From Klebsiella phage N1M2: a DNA stretch of 64,000 nucleotides. The DNA lies in the sequence record MN642089.1; one strand, written 5' to 3'. Below, piece by piece: positions 9,662-17,673 of the stretch (the stretch's first letter is position 1; each line of letters starts with the position of its first letter). Below the pieces are notes generated by a model. It was not told the DNA's origin, searched no databases, and saw only the letters and a list, made by a program, of their open reading frames with translations. Made by a program: the position numbers and the translations under genes.

Positions 9662-9931
9662 ATGCAGGTTATTAAAATTGTAAACGGTGAAACTACTGTC
9701 GTTGGAGATTCAAAGTTCACTCACGGCTATTTGGCCAGTGTCACGTTAGAAGATGGTGAACGTCGCACTTATCATAAGCCAACCTACCCTGGTGAGTATG
9801 ATTGGAAAACCGCAGCAAACATCAATTACAATTATGATGGCATGTTGTTGAATCTCAAATTCATTATTGAAGAGAAATCCATCAAAGGTGGTGGATACGG
9901 CTGGAAAGAATGTGAGTTCGTCGTATTCTAA
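9662..9931 (+). CDS. hypothetical small protein (89 aa)
   Basis: ORF preceded by a CAGATATTAT-like element and GGAG RBS; followed by a UUCG-loop terminator at 9951..9968. Confidence 0.5.
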   Translation: MQVIKIVNGETTVVGDSKFTHGYLASVTLEDGERRTYHKPTYPGEYDWKTAANINYNYDGMLLNLKFIIEEKSIKGGGYGWKECEFVVF

Positions 9932-9950
9932 TATCTGGGTGGGAGACTTC

Positions 9951-9968
9951 GGTCTCCCTTTATGTGTA
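9951..9968 (+). terminator. rho-independent terminator GGGAGAC-UUCG-GUCUCCC
   Basis: 7-bp GC-rich stem, UUCG tetraloop, then TTTATGTG. Confidence 0.55.
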
Positions 9969-10088
9969 CCAAAAGGAGGAGGTATTTATAAATACTACGA
10001 GGTCAATATATTAGAGAAAACCATATTTTGTGCTATAACCCTCACGGGTAAAGGGTTGGTGCTCTAATAGTTGAAGAAGGGTTAAGTT

Positions 10089-11633
10089 ATGCGTAGAACA
10101 TTAGTTGTTCATAAAGCGAGCACATATGTTCGTTTGACTGACTTTAAACCTGAACTCGTGCAGCAAATATTACGTCCTTTTTGTGCTCGTAACTTTTATA
10201 GGGTTCAGAAGGTCCCCATACCCGGCGGTGGACCTAATGCATTCAAAAAGGAAGTGAGTCATGTATTTGCTCGGTTTAATGAAGATAAGAGCGAGTTAAG
10301 GTTTAATGCTGAAAAGCTACCTGATCTTATTAAGTTCATGGAAGAACACGGGTATAGTAAATCTCGTATCCAGGTTTTAGAAGAAGCAGTTATCGATGCA
10401 GCTCCGGCTAACTTGAAACTGAAAGATCCTAAAATCAAACCAAGGAATGAGATTCAGGAAGAATACACTGCATTTATGGGTGGGCCAAAACCTTTAGTTG
10501 TTAACAATATGGGTACTGGTCAAGGTAAAACTTTCTGTGCTATCTGGACAGCGGTACAACTTGGTAAGCGTGTATTGATTACTGTGTTACCTCGTTATGT
10601 CGATATCTGGATTAAAGCATTTGGTGAGTTCCTAGATATCCATCCAACTGACATTTTGGTGGCTGATACATTTGGTGTTGAGAAATTACACCAGACCATG
10701 AAAGATGGATTAATTAACCCGTCAATCATTATTCTGCCGTTAACCAAAATAGATGTGTATATAAAACGTATGAAGGAAGATCCGTCTCTTCCTGGATTGG
10801 ATGAAGTATTCCATGACATGCGTTGTGGTGTGAGAATCATTGATGAAGCACATGAATCGATTTACTCGGTTTATATGTCATTGATGTTTGGGAACCACCA
10901 GAAGACAATGGCATTGTCAGCAACCTTGAAAGGTGATGATGATTTCATTAACTCTATCTATGGACAGATATTCCCAGCTCATTGTTATTTGCGACCACCT
11001 GAGTACACTAAGTATATTCATGTTATCGCTTATAGTCACCGGATGGATGTAAACAAATACCGAATCAATGCTAAAGGGTTTGGTGGTTATTCTCATGTGA
11101 AGTTTGAACAGGGGATAATGAAAAGGAGCTTCGTCTTTGAAGAGTATTACAAAATGCTCAAAGAGGCGTTCGTCACATATTACATGGATACGTATCGAGA
11201 AGGGCAAAAGGCTATGTGGTTCTTTGCAACTATCGAAATGTGTGACTTGTTCCTTAGACGACTTAAACAGGATTATCCTGATTTGGATGCAATCGTATTC
11301 ACAGGTGAGCAGAGTAGTAAGAAGGAAACTAAAACGGCCTATCGTGAGCACCAGGTGGTTATTACAACTCCAGGGTCTTGTGGTACTGGTAAGGACATTC
11401 CTCAGCTCTACATTGTGTTTAGCCCCATTTCTGTGAGTTCTTCACAGCGTAATGATCAGATGGTTGGACGTACTCGACCTATCGATAAATGGTGGCCGGA
11501 TTTGGACCCGATCTTCCTGTACTTCGTTTGTCCAGATATACCTAAGCAAGTAGACTATCACCGTAAACGTAGAACCATCTTTGATAAGAAGATGAAGAAG
11601 TTCACGCTGATTGACTCTGGTTCACGTATTTAA
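10089..11633 (+). CDS. superfamily-2 DEAH-box helicase (ATP-dependent DNA/RNA helicase)
   Basis: Motif I GTGQGKT, motif II IIDEAHES (DEAH), motif III SAT(L), motif VI QMVGRTRP, all in canonical order and spacing. Confidence 0.8.
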   Translation: MRRTLVVHKASTYVRLTDFKPELVQQILRPFCARNFYRVQKVPIPGGGPNAFKKEVSHVFARFNEDKSELRFNAEKLPDLIKFMEEHGYSKSRIQVLEEAVIDAAPANLKLKDPKIKPRNEIQEEYTAFMGGPKPLVVNNMGTGQGKTFCAIWTAVQLGKRVLITVLPRYVDIWIKAFGEFLDIHPTDILVADTFGVEKLHQTMKDGLINPSIIILPLTKIDVYIKRMKEDPSLPGLDEVFHDMRCGVRIIDEAHESIYSVYMSLMFGNHQKTMALSATLKGDDDFINSIYGQIFPAHCYLRPPEYTKYIHVIAYSHRMDVNKYRINAKGFGGYSHVKFEQGIMKRSFVFEEYYKMLKEAFVTYYMDTYREGQKAMWFFATIEMCDLFLRRLKQDYPDLDAIVFTGEQSSKKETKTAYREHQVVITTPGSCGTGKDIPQLYIVFSPISVSSSQRNDQMVGRTRPIDKWWPDLDPIFLYFVCPDIPKQVDYHRKRRTIFDKKMKKFTLIDSGSRI

Positions 11634-11669
11634 TAACTAGGCTCTGGGGACTTTGAGTCCCTGGAGTCT

Positions 11670-12095
11670 ATGTATTTAGTAATGGCGGTGATTATGGAAT
11701 TATTAAGTATCAATATCAGATTACCTGGTATTAATGACACTACTGTTTTAGAAGTAGTGGGTGCGGGTATTATGGTTATGTTTGATAGCCATAAAAAGTT
11801 AGGAACGGAGTTTGAAGATTTCTTAGTCATGGAAGAAGCCAAGTTGACGATGGGTGACCATTGTAGTGACCTGGTGATAGACGATGTTCAATTTGAACGT
11901 GTATTTCAAGCAGCAGACAGTGCGCTTAAAACTGTCCTAGCAGGACAGAGCGAAGATTTAAAATCTCTGGCTCTCCAAGTTAATGGTGTTGAAGATATCA
12001 TGACTATGGAGTATCCAGGAGTTATTAAGATGTACGTAAGGGAGAATCCGGAAGGTGAACAACTTCTTAGATATCGTCTCTTTAACGTTTGTTAA
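11670..12095 (+). CDS. hypothetical protein (141 aa)
   Basis: ORF; several candidate ATGs near the start; coding-like codon usage. Confidence 0.4.
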   Translation: MYLVMAVIMELLSINIRLPGINDTTVLEVVGAGIMVMFDSHKKLGTEFEDFLVMEEAKLTMGDHCSDLVIDDVQFERVFQAADSALKTVLAGQSEDLKSLALQVNGVEDIMTMEYPGVIKMYVRENPEGEQLLRYRLFNVC

Positions 12096-12450
12096 TAATA
12101 AAGTCAATAGTGCTATTTATACCGATCAAACATTCCTGCAGGAAATCATCGTCTTTATATTAGGCGAGCAACTTATGTTGGGACCTACTGATCCTTTTGA
12201 AATTAAAGGACGTATGTTTGACTACCTCTTGCAGGTATTAGATCCGTTAGATAAGCCTGTTGCGGAAACCATCATTACTGAAATTGAGAAACGAGTAGCT
12301 GACTTATCTTCTGAGTTAACTTATCGTTCTTTGTATCTCAGTGGGGAGTGTTTCCTTAAGTATGAATATGAACTTAGACATCGGTTTAGCAAGTTATATG
12401 TCTACACCGATGCCCATGCCTTTAATGATCCCTTCGATCAACCAATTTAA
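12055..12450 (+). CDS. hypothetical protein (start uncertain: GTG at 12055, or ATG at 12175 giving 91 aa)
   Basis: The ORF-track start is GTG and overlaps the previous gene by 41 nt; the in-frame ATG at 12175 is an alternative. Confidence 0.35.
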   Translation: MNNFLDIVSLTFVNNKVNSAIYTDQTFLQEIIVFILGEQLMLGPTDPFEIKGRMFDYLLQVLDPLDKPVAETIITEIEKRVADLSSELTYRSLYLSGECFLKYEYELRHRFSKLYVYTDAHAFNDPFDQPI

Positions 12451-12469
12451 CTTATCTGGAGATTTACAA

Positions 12470-13030
12470 ATGTTACAATCAACTAACGCAGCTGGCATCA
12501 CTGAGAACATGGTTACTTACAAATTCAAAGTACCTGACCTGGCTGACTTGTTTGAAACATTCACCCCTGATCAATCCCATATCGCACTGGAAGGTGCGCT
12601 GAACATTATCTTTGGTCGTGCTCCAGCTCAACTGGCTGCGGTTAAACTGGAAGGCGAAGAAGCTGAGCCAGAACAGACTGAAGAAGAACTGCAACAAGAT
12701 CATGAGACTCAGATCGTGGGTGAAGTTGCATATGCTCTGTATTGCCACCAGATGGGTGCTGAAGCGGCTGCTCTGGTACCGGAAGGTTGTGCTACTGCTT
12801 GGACCATTCCGGATGACTACGAGAACTCTGAGCAGTATCAGCGCATGGAAGAAATGTTCCGTGGTATCGTTAGTCATATTAGTAATCACATTGCTGCAGA
12901 TAAGTTTAACCAGGACGTTATTACTCTCCATGGTGAAATGGAATTCTTCAGCCGTATTGAGTTGTACACCTATAACTACAATACTGATTGCGAAGTTCTG
13001 TCTGTAACTATTGCTGCTATGCTTTCCTAA
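12470..13030 (+). CDS. hypothetical acidic protein (186 aa from the ATG at 12470)
   Basis: ORF-track start 12341 overlaps the previous gene by 110 nt; ATG at 12470 has a GGAG RBS 8 nt upstream; strong codon bias; followed by terminator 13037..13063. Confidence 0.55.
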   Translation: MLQSTNAAGITENMVTYKFKVPDLADLFETFTPDQSHIALEGALNIIFGRAPAQLAAVKLEGEEAEPEQTEEELQQDHETQIVGEVAYALYCHQMGAEAAALVPEGCATAWTIPDDYENSEQYQRMEEMFRGIVSHISNHIAADKFNQDVITLHGEMEFFSRIELYTYNYNTDCEVLSVTIAAMLS

Positions 13031-13036
13031 TCAACT

Positions 13037-13063
13037 CCTTACCCTTCCTAGTGGAGGGTAAGG
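13037..13063 (+). terminator. rho-independent terminator (CCTTACCCTTCC ... GGAGGGTAAGG)
   Basis: Hairpin plus TTATATGTTTATCTTTC. Confidence 0.5.
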
Positions 13064-13097
13064 GTTATATGTTTATCTTTCTATAGGTCCTTTTCTA

Positions 13098-13553
13098 ATG
13101 TTCAAATATAATAACCCAGCCCATAACGAAGCCGAACTATCTTTCCGCCAGTTAGTGACTCAGCCATTCTTTAAAGATCTTAAACATGACTTTATTCACA
13201 ATTTCAAAAATATGTGTTACCACTCATCTATAGGTAACCTATTTGCCAACCAATACATCAAACCAGATGCCAAAGTACGACTGGTAAGAGAGATTGTTGG
13301 GTGTGACCCTATTTGTAAGATCTCCATGTCCTGGGATCAGGAAGATGAAGTACTTACCCTCATGAACGGTGTTATTATTGAATTGAAAACGGAACGTTTA
13401 AATGCGTCTAAGGCGTTCCTGGCAATGTCTGCCGATAAAGAGCAAATAGGATTTGATATCGAGATCCATGTTCACTTTAAGACCGGGATTAAATCAGTAT
13501 ATAAAGTACCTAATAATAAACTTAAAGAAGCTTTGATTATTGCTTTAGGTTAA
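13098..13553 (+). CDS. hypothetical protein, paralog family member A (151 aa)
   Basis: Clearly homologous to 13697..14146 (shared blocks SFRQL/SFRDL, FIHNFKNMCYHSSIGNLF/FIHDFKNLCHHSDVGNLF, IELKTERL/IELNPERA, EIHVHF/EIHVHY). Confidence 0.6.
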   Translation: MFKYNNPAHNEAELSFRQLVTQPFFKDLKHDFIHNFKNMCYHSSIGNLFANQYIKPDAKVRLVREIVGCDPICKISMSWDQEDEVLTLMNGVIIELKTERLNASKAFLAMSADKEQIGFDIEIHVHFKTGIKSVYKVPNNKLKEALIIALG

Positions 13554-13696
13554 TATTTTTATTATACTCTATTTCTTATATATTGGGGGTAGGGGGTTAA
13601 TTCCGAAGGAAAGTTATATAAACTTAAAGGAACGATAGTGACTTCCTTTTATGTTATTCTCTTTTAAGTAAACTAATTAAACAAGGAAATATAGAA

Positions 13697-14146
13697 ATGA
13701 ATAAGTTCAATAAAGCAGCTATTAACCGTGCAGAGCAATCTTTCCGTGATCTGTTGAAACTAGATATCATGAAAGATGTTAAGAAACAATTCATTCATGA
13801 CTTCAAGAACCTGTGTCATCATTCTGATGTAGGCAACTTGTTTGATCATTACCTGGTAAGTAAAGTGGGCGATGTTAATCTGGTTTATGCCGCAATCAAT
13901 CAGATTGTTGAATGTGGGGACACTCCATTCATTTCAGAGATCGTAGAGGGTCTGAACGCAGTAGCTATTGAACTGAATCCTGAACGAGCTGGCGTCCGAC
14001 GAGCTTATTTGATGATCTCTGCAGATACTGCACAAATTAAACCAGTTGCTGAAATCCACGTTCATTACTATAGCGTTGGTAAAGTAATTTACCCAGTTAA
14101 AACTGATAACCTGCACAACACTCTGCTACTAGCAATCGGTAAATAA
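13697..14146 (+). CDS. hypothetical protein, paralog family member B (149 aa)
   Basis: Tandem paralog of 13098..13553; followed by a perfect 11-bp hairpin terminator. Confidence 0.6.
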   Translation: MNKFNKAAINRAEQSFRDLLKLDIMKDVKKQFIHDFKNLCHHSDVGNLFDHYLVSKVGDVNLVYAAINQIVECGDTPFISEIVEGLNAVAIELNPERAGVRRAYLMISADTAQIKPVAEIHVHYYSVGKVIYPVKTDNLHNTLLLAIGK

Positions 14147-14152
14147 CACATA

Positions 14153-14180
14153 CCTACTCACCCAATTAAGGGTGAGTAGG
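14153..14180 (+). terminator. rho-independent terminator (perfect 11-bp stem CCTACTCACCC/GGGTGAGTAGG)
   Basis: Perfect stem, 6-nt loop, then ATTTATATGCTTTCTTTTATTTTG. Confidence 0.6.
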
Positions 14181-14220
14181 ATTTATATGCTTTCTTTTAT
14201 TTTGTTTCAGACCTATATTA

Positions 14221-14244
14221 TTAATATGTGCTTACACATATTAA
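14221..14244. promoter_or_regulatory. perfect palindrome TTAATATGTG-CTTA-CACATATTAA (candidate operator/protein-binding site)
   Basis: 10-bp perfect arms, ~100 nt upstream of the HNH endonuclease gene in AT-rich DNA. Confidence 0.4.
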
Positions 14245-14347
14245 GTTAGTATGAAGGCTATGCATATCTTTTTACTACGAAGAGTATTTTAATACTATGT
14301 GTTAGATAAAATGACTAATAATGAAATATTAACAAATAGGAAGCATA

Positions 14348-15412
14348 ATGACCATACTGATTTATAAAGATACAAATTTCGATATGTTCACTCCAATTCA
14401 ATCTGTATTGGGAGTAGATGATTTAAGTGAAGAAGAAAAAGTAAGAGCCAGAGAAGAACATATCAAAGAACAACTATTGAAAAACCCTCGCTATTACTGC
14501 TGGGATTATTTAAATTACTATAGAACGACTAGAGATAGTGATCTAAAAGAAGGGGAACTCTATCAACCATATATCATGGTTTCATCTAGAGGTGAGATAG
14601 CCTGGTGGATGCCAGAAGAAAATGAAGTTCATGTTACCACCGGAACTCATTCTGCTAATTACCTGATGACGCATATATATGACGATGAAAAGGAAGCATT
14701 TAAAAATATCTACATTCATCGTGCCGTTGCTTCTACCTTTATAAGTAAAAAGGAATCGCATAAAGATATACCTTACTCTAAACTTCAGGTTAACCATAAA
14801 GATGGTAATAAATTATGCCCTCATTTCGGTAATCTAGAATGGAGTACCCAATCTGAAAATAGACAACATGCAATAGACACTGGATTAGTTAAGTCTGGAA
14901 TTGATGATCCAAATACTAAACCAGTACTTGGAACAGTCGTAGTAGATAGCATGTGGAAGGGAACACAGTTTGTTATTTATGGTAGAACCGCTATAAAGAA
15001 TCTTGGTTTAGATCCAGCATCCATTCAACAGACAGTGTCAGGTAAAGCTAAAACTACATATGGATGTTCATGGTCATATATAACCAGGGAAGAAGCTGCC
15101 ACGTATACAAACACAATACCACCTCAATTACTTGATAGAATGGTTAATGATGGTGTAACTTTACTATCTACGACCAAACCAGTTATGGGGACTATAGTAA
15201 TTCCTGGAAAACACCAAGGTGATAAGTTCGTATGCTACGGTGGTAAAGAACTAACTAAGTATGGTTTCCAGCAAGCCCATGTGAGCAGGGCCACCAAAGA
15301 TCCATCAATAGTTAGAAGCGGATGTGTTTGGGAGTATGTTGATTTAAGAAAGGCAGAGACATTACCTAGAGGAATAACTGAAGAACAAAGAGTTACACTA
15401 TTTGGTAAGTAA
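14348..15412 (+). CDS. free-standing HNH homing endonuclease with duplicated C-terminal DNA-binding repeats
   Basis: HNH motif VNHKDGNKLCPHFGNLEWSTQSENRQHA; two C-terminal repeats KPVLGTVVVDSMWKGTQFVIYG... and KPVMGTIVIPGKHQGDKFVCYG...; AT-rich codon usage unlike the neighbours; bracketed by hairpin terminators. Confidence 0.75.
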   Translation: MTILIYKDTNFDMFTPIQSVLGVDDLSEEEKVRAREEHIKEQLLKNPRYYCWDYLNYYRTTRDSDLKEGELYQPYIMVSSRGEIAWWMPEENEVHVTTGTHSANYLMTHIYDDEKEAFKNIYIHRAVASTFISKKESHKDIPYSKLQVNHKDGNKLCPHFGNLEWSTQSENRQHAIDTGLVKSGIDDPNTKPVLGTVVVDSMWKGTQFVIYGRTAIKNLGLDPASIQQTVSGKAKTTYGCSWSYITREEAATYTNTIPPQLLDRMVNDGVTLLSTTKPVMGTIVIPGKHQGDKFVCYGGKELTKYGFQQAHVSRATKDPSIVRSGCVWEYVDLRKAETLPRGITEEQRVTLFGK

Positions 15413-15418
15413 ACATAA

Positions 15419-15445
15419 CCTCTACTCCCATCACGGGAGTAGAGG
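15419..15445. terminator. bidirectional terminator hairpin (perfect 11-bp stem CCTCTACTCCC/GGGAGTAGAGG)
   Basis: Lies between the convergent HNH gene and the minus-strand operon. Confidence 0.5.
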
Positions 15446-15454
15446 TCTGTTATG

Positions 15455-16762
15455 CTATCTTAAAATTTGATCCATTGTCATAGATATTGTACGTAGTTGA
15501 GAAACATGCATTGCCTTCATACGAGTTAACATGAACTGTGTAAAGATGTAAACAGCTTCAGCGGAAACACGGTTTTCAATCTTACCCAGTTTCTGACCAC
15601 AGCAAATATGGCAGAGGTTATCTTCAGGTTGAGTGCAGTATTGCGGCACACGCATTTCAACTGTCTTACCAATCAGATCGGTATCTACCTTAGACAATAT
15701 CTTAGGTTGACCACCTACCATATGGAAACCACCAATCCAACCTTTAAAGTTATGTTTATTCAACTTAACAGTTTCAGTTCTTGGTGAACCACAATCATGA
15801 CCAGCTACTCTGATACGGTTAGTTAATAGAATAGCTACCTTAACTTCCGCACCACCTTCACCAGTTGCGTTACCACGGTCGAATGATGCAGAGATTGCGG
15901 TGTTGATATATTCAGGATAGTGGTCTGGATCCCAACCTTCATCCAGTGACTTACGTAACAGGTTATATTTACCAGTGTTAAAGTCAGGAACCATATCAAA
16001 GATAATGAACATCTTCTTACGGGCGTTATCAATAAACTTACCGTTAATGAAGAAGTCTTTAGAAGGACCGGAATATTGGATCTTAGCATCCAGGGCAATT
16101 ACTTTATCAATGGCAACAGCGACAGCCGTAGGATCGTCTAGCTTGCCTTCATCCTCTAACTGCTTGAGTAGTTCATCCCTGAGTTTAATAACCTCTGGGT
16201 GGACTGTGAGGACGTCTATAGATGATGCTTTAACAAAGACCTGGTTCATACCTTCCAGATAGTCTAACTGTTTAGTAACTTTCAAACAGTCATCTACAGA
16301 AGCTTTACCTTCAGGAACTTCTTGACCTGGTTCTGGGTTATCAACCATTAGACCATCGATGATCCCTTGAATGGTACCGCCAGCAATCTTACCATTAAAG
16401 TAATTGGTACGGTTCTGGAATGATTCAAAGAGAACAACGATATTGGTTAAAAAGATCCCTACAGTTGTTTCCATCTTTTCAGTGATGAAATCATGGGATT
16501 CAACGTCAACCGTAATCTTTTCATTCTTATTGAAAAGTGGCAGTGAATAATCGCCGCCTTCGATTGTAACCCTCTGACGGTTTTCATCAAGGAAGTATAT
16601 AGTTTTAGTTTCGTCATCTCGTATAGCAGCATATGGAACATCCTCCAACATCTTCCGGTTAGCCGGATTGTCGTGAACCAAACTAAAGATTGACATTAAA
16701 AACGATTTACGAATGTAAGCTCGTTTCTTGAAGGTGAGAAAGAGATAATCTAACTTATGCAT
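15455..16762 (-). CDS. hypothetical protein with a C-terminal Cys cluster (435 aa); translationally coupled to the upstream gene
   Basis: ATG at 16762 overlaps the stop of 16755..17636 (ATGCATAA junction); C-terminal CTQPEDNLCHICCGQ zinc-ribbon-like cluster. Confidence 0.65.
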   Translation of the reverse strand: MHKLDYLFLTFKKRAYIRKSFLMSIFSLVHDNPANRKMLEDVPYAAIRDDETKTIYFLDENRQRVTIEGGDYSLPLFNKNEKITVDVESHDFITEKMETTVGIFLTNIVVLFESFQNRTNYFNGKIAGGTIQGIIDGLMVDNPEPGQEVPEGKASVDDCLKVTKQLDYLEGMNQVFVKASSIDVLTVHPEVIKLRDELLKQLEDEGKLDDPTAVAVAIDKVIALDAKIQYSGPSKDFFINGKFIDNARKKMFIIFDMVPDFNTGKYNLLRKSLDEGWDPDHYPEYINTAISASFDRGNATGEGGAEVKVAILLTNRIRVAGHDCGSPRTETVKLNKHNFKGWIGGFHMVGGQPKILSKVDTDLIGKTVEMRVPQYCTQPEDNLCHICCGQKLGKIENRVSAEAVYIFTQFMLTRMKAMHVSQLRTISMTMDQILR

Positions 16763-17636
16763 TAAGTTTAACCTTATTCAAAATACTAGTTCCTTTATAA
16801 GCTTCTTCAATGGAATTACAATGTTCTTCCACCAAAGCTGTAAATTGGCCAACAATATCTGTATCGGTCATATAGGAGATTAGCATGAGGCTTAGTACAT
16901 TGGTCAGATAAACTGTGTTATCTTCATCAACTAAAGCTTTAGCCAGTTGGTTGGTGAACAGTTTATGATAACCATCGAAATCTTGACCAACACCGCCGCC
17001 ATTGACGATATGCTCTCCAGCAACAGTTCCTTTTAGGAATTCGCCATTGGCTTTGATTCGTTTTTGTAACCATGGATCTACCCAGGTCTCGTCATCTTGA
17101 TCGATCACATTAATACCGATCATGATACCACGAATAACGTTGGTAGAAACATCCTTGATGTAGTATTCCATGTTCTCCATATCAAACTGTGGTTGAACCA
17201 TTCTTACTACACGAATGAATCTTTCTTTAGGATCAGCTTGGTCATCATTAAGAGTATCATACAGACCAATAAGATCAGTCATACCGTCTACCATAAAAAT
17301 GGTATCCAATACTACGATTAATTCAGGTAATGAGTTTGGATCAATCCAGTCTTTATCAATGATGATTCCCATTATCTGCAAGGCATCAATGATTGTGTCG
17401 ATAAACAACATTCTCATATGTGCCATCATATCTGCAGTACCCAGCGCTTCATCCACTAGGATGTGGGTAATCGTATTGTCGATAAAGCTATCAGGAAAAC
17501 TGATTGCAATTAAATTATACGCCTGGTTGTATTGTGTAGCGTGTTCAGGTGTGCAGCGAGCAATAAAGTCCTGCCACATCTCACCAAGGTTTTCCACACC
17601 TAAATCTACGTTGGTAAGATCGATCATTTCTGACAT
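16755..17636 (-). CDS. hypothetical protein (294 aa from the ATG at 17636; ORF-track start 17651 is GTG); contains a GQDFDGY motif
   Basis: Minus-strand ORF; AGGT RBS before the ATG at 17636; first gene of a two-gene - strand operon ending at the 15419..15445 hairpin. Confidence 0.6.
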   Translation of the reverse strand: MSEMIDLTNVDLGVENLGEMWQDFIARCTPEHATQYNQAYNLIAISFPDSFIDNTITHILVDEALGTADMMAHMRMLFIDTIIDALQIMGIIIDKDWIDPNSLPELIVVLDTIFMVDGMTDLIGLYDTLNDDQADPKERFIRVVRMVQPQFDMENMEYYIKDVSTNVIRGIMIGINVIDQDDETWVDPWLQKRIKANGEFLKGTVAGEHIVNGGGVGQDFDGYHKLFTNQLAKALVDEDNTVYLTNVLSLMLISYMTDTDIVGQFTALVEEHCNSIEEAYKGTSILNKVKLNA

Positions 17637-17673
17637 AGGTTTACCTATCACTTATATTAAAAGGGTTCATAAC

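Larger units (their letters stand above)
14150..15450 (+). mobile_element. free-standing homing-endonuclease gene island (HNH gene with its own AT-rich leader), bracketed by hairpins
   Basis: Compositional shift to AT-rich codons; HNH gene; terminator hairpins at 14153..14180 and 15419..15445. Confidence 0.5.

Noticed and set aside
12341-12469. 5' extension of the 12341..13030 ORF overlapping the upstream gene by 110 nt
   Set aside because: The internal ATG at 12470 has a GGAG RBS, and the extension has no independent support. A long out-of-frame overlap is unlikely in this otherwise tidy operon.
15455-17636. Possibility that this gene pair is the missing C-terminal half of the split PolB (YMTDTDIV ~ YGDTDS)
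   Set aside because: No convincing motif B (K-x3-NS-x-YG) or KKRY motif, and the spacing between the candidate motifs is far too short. The similarity is limited to a DTD tripeptide.
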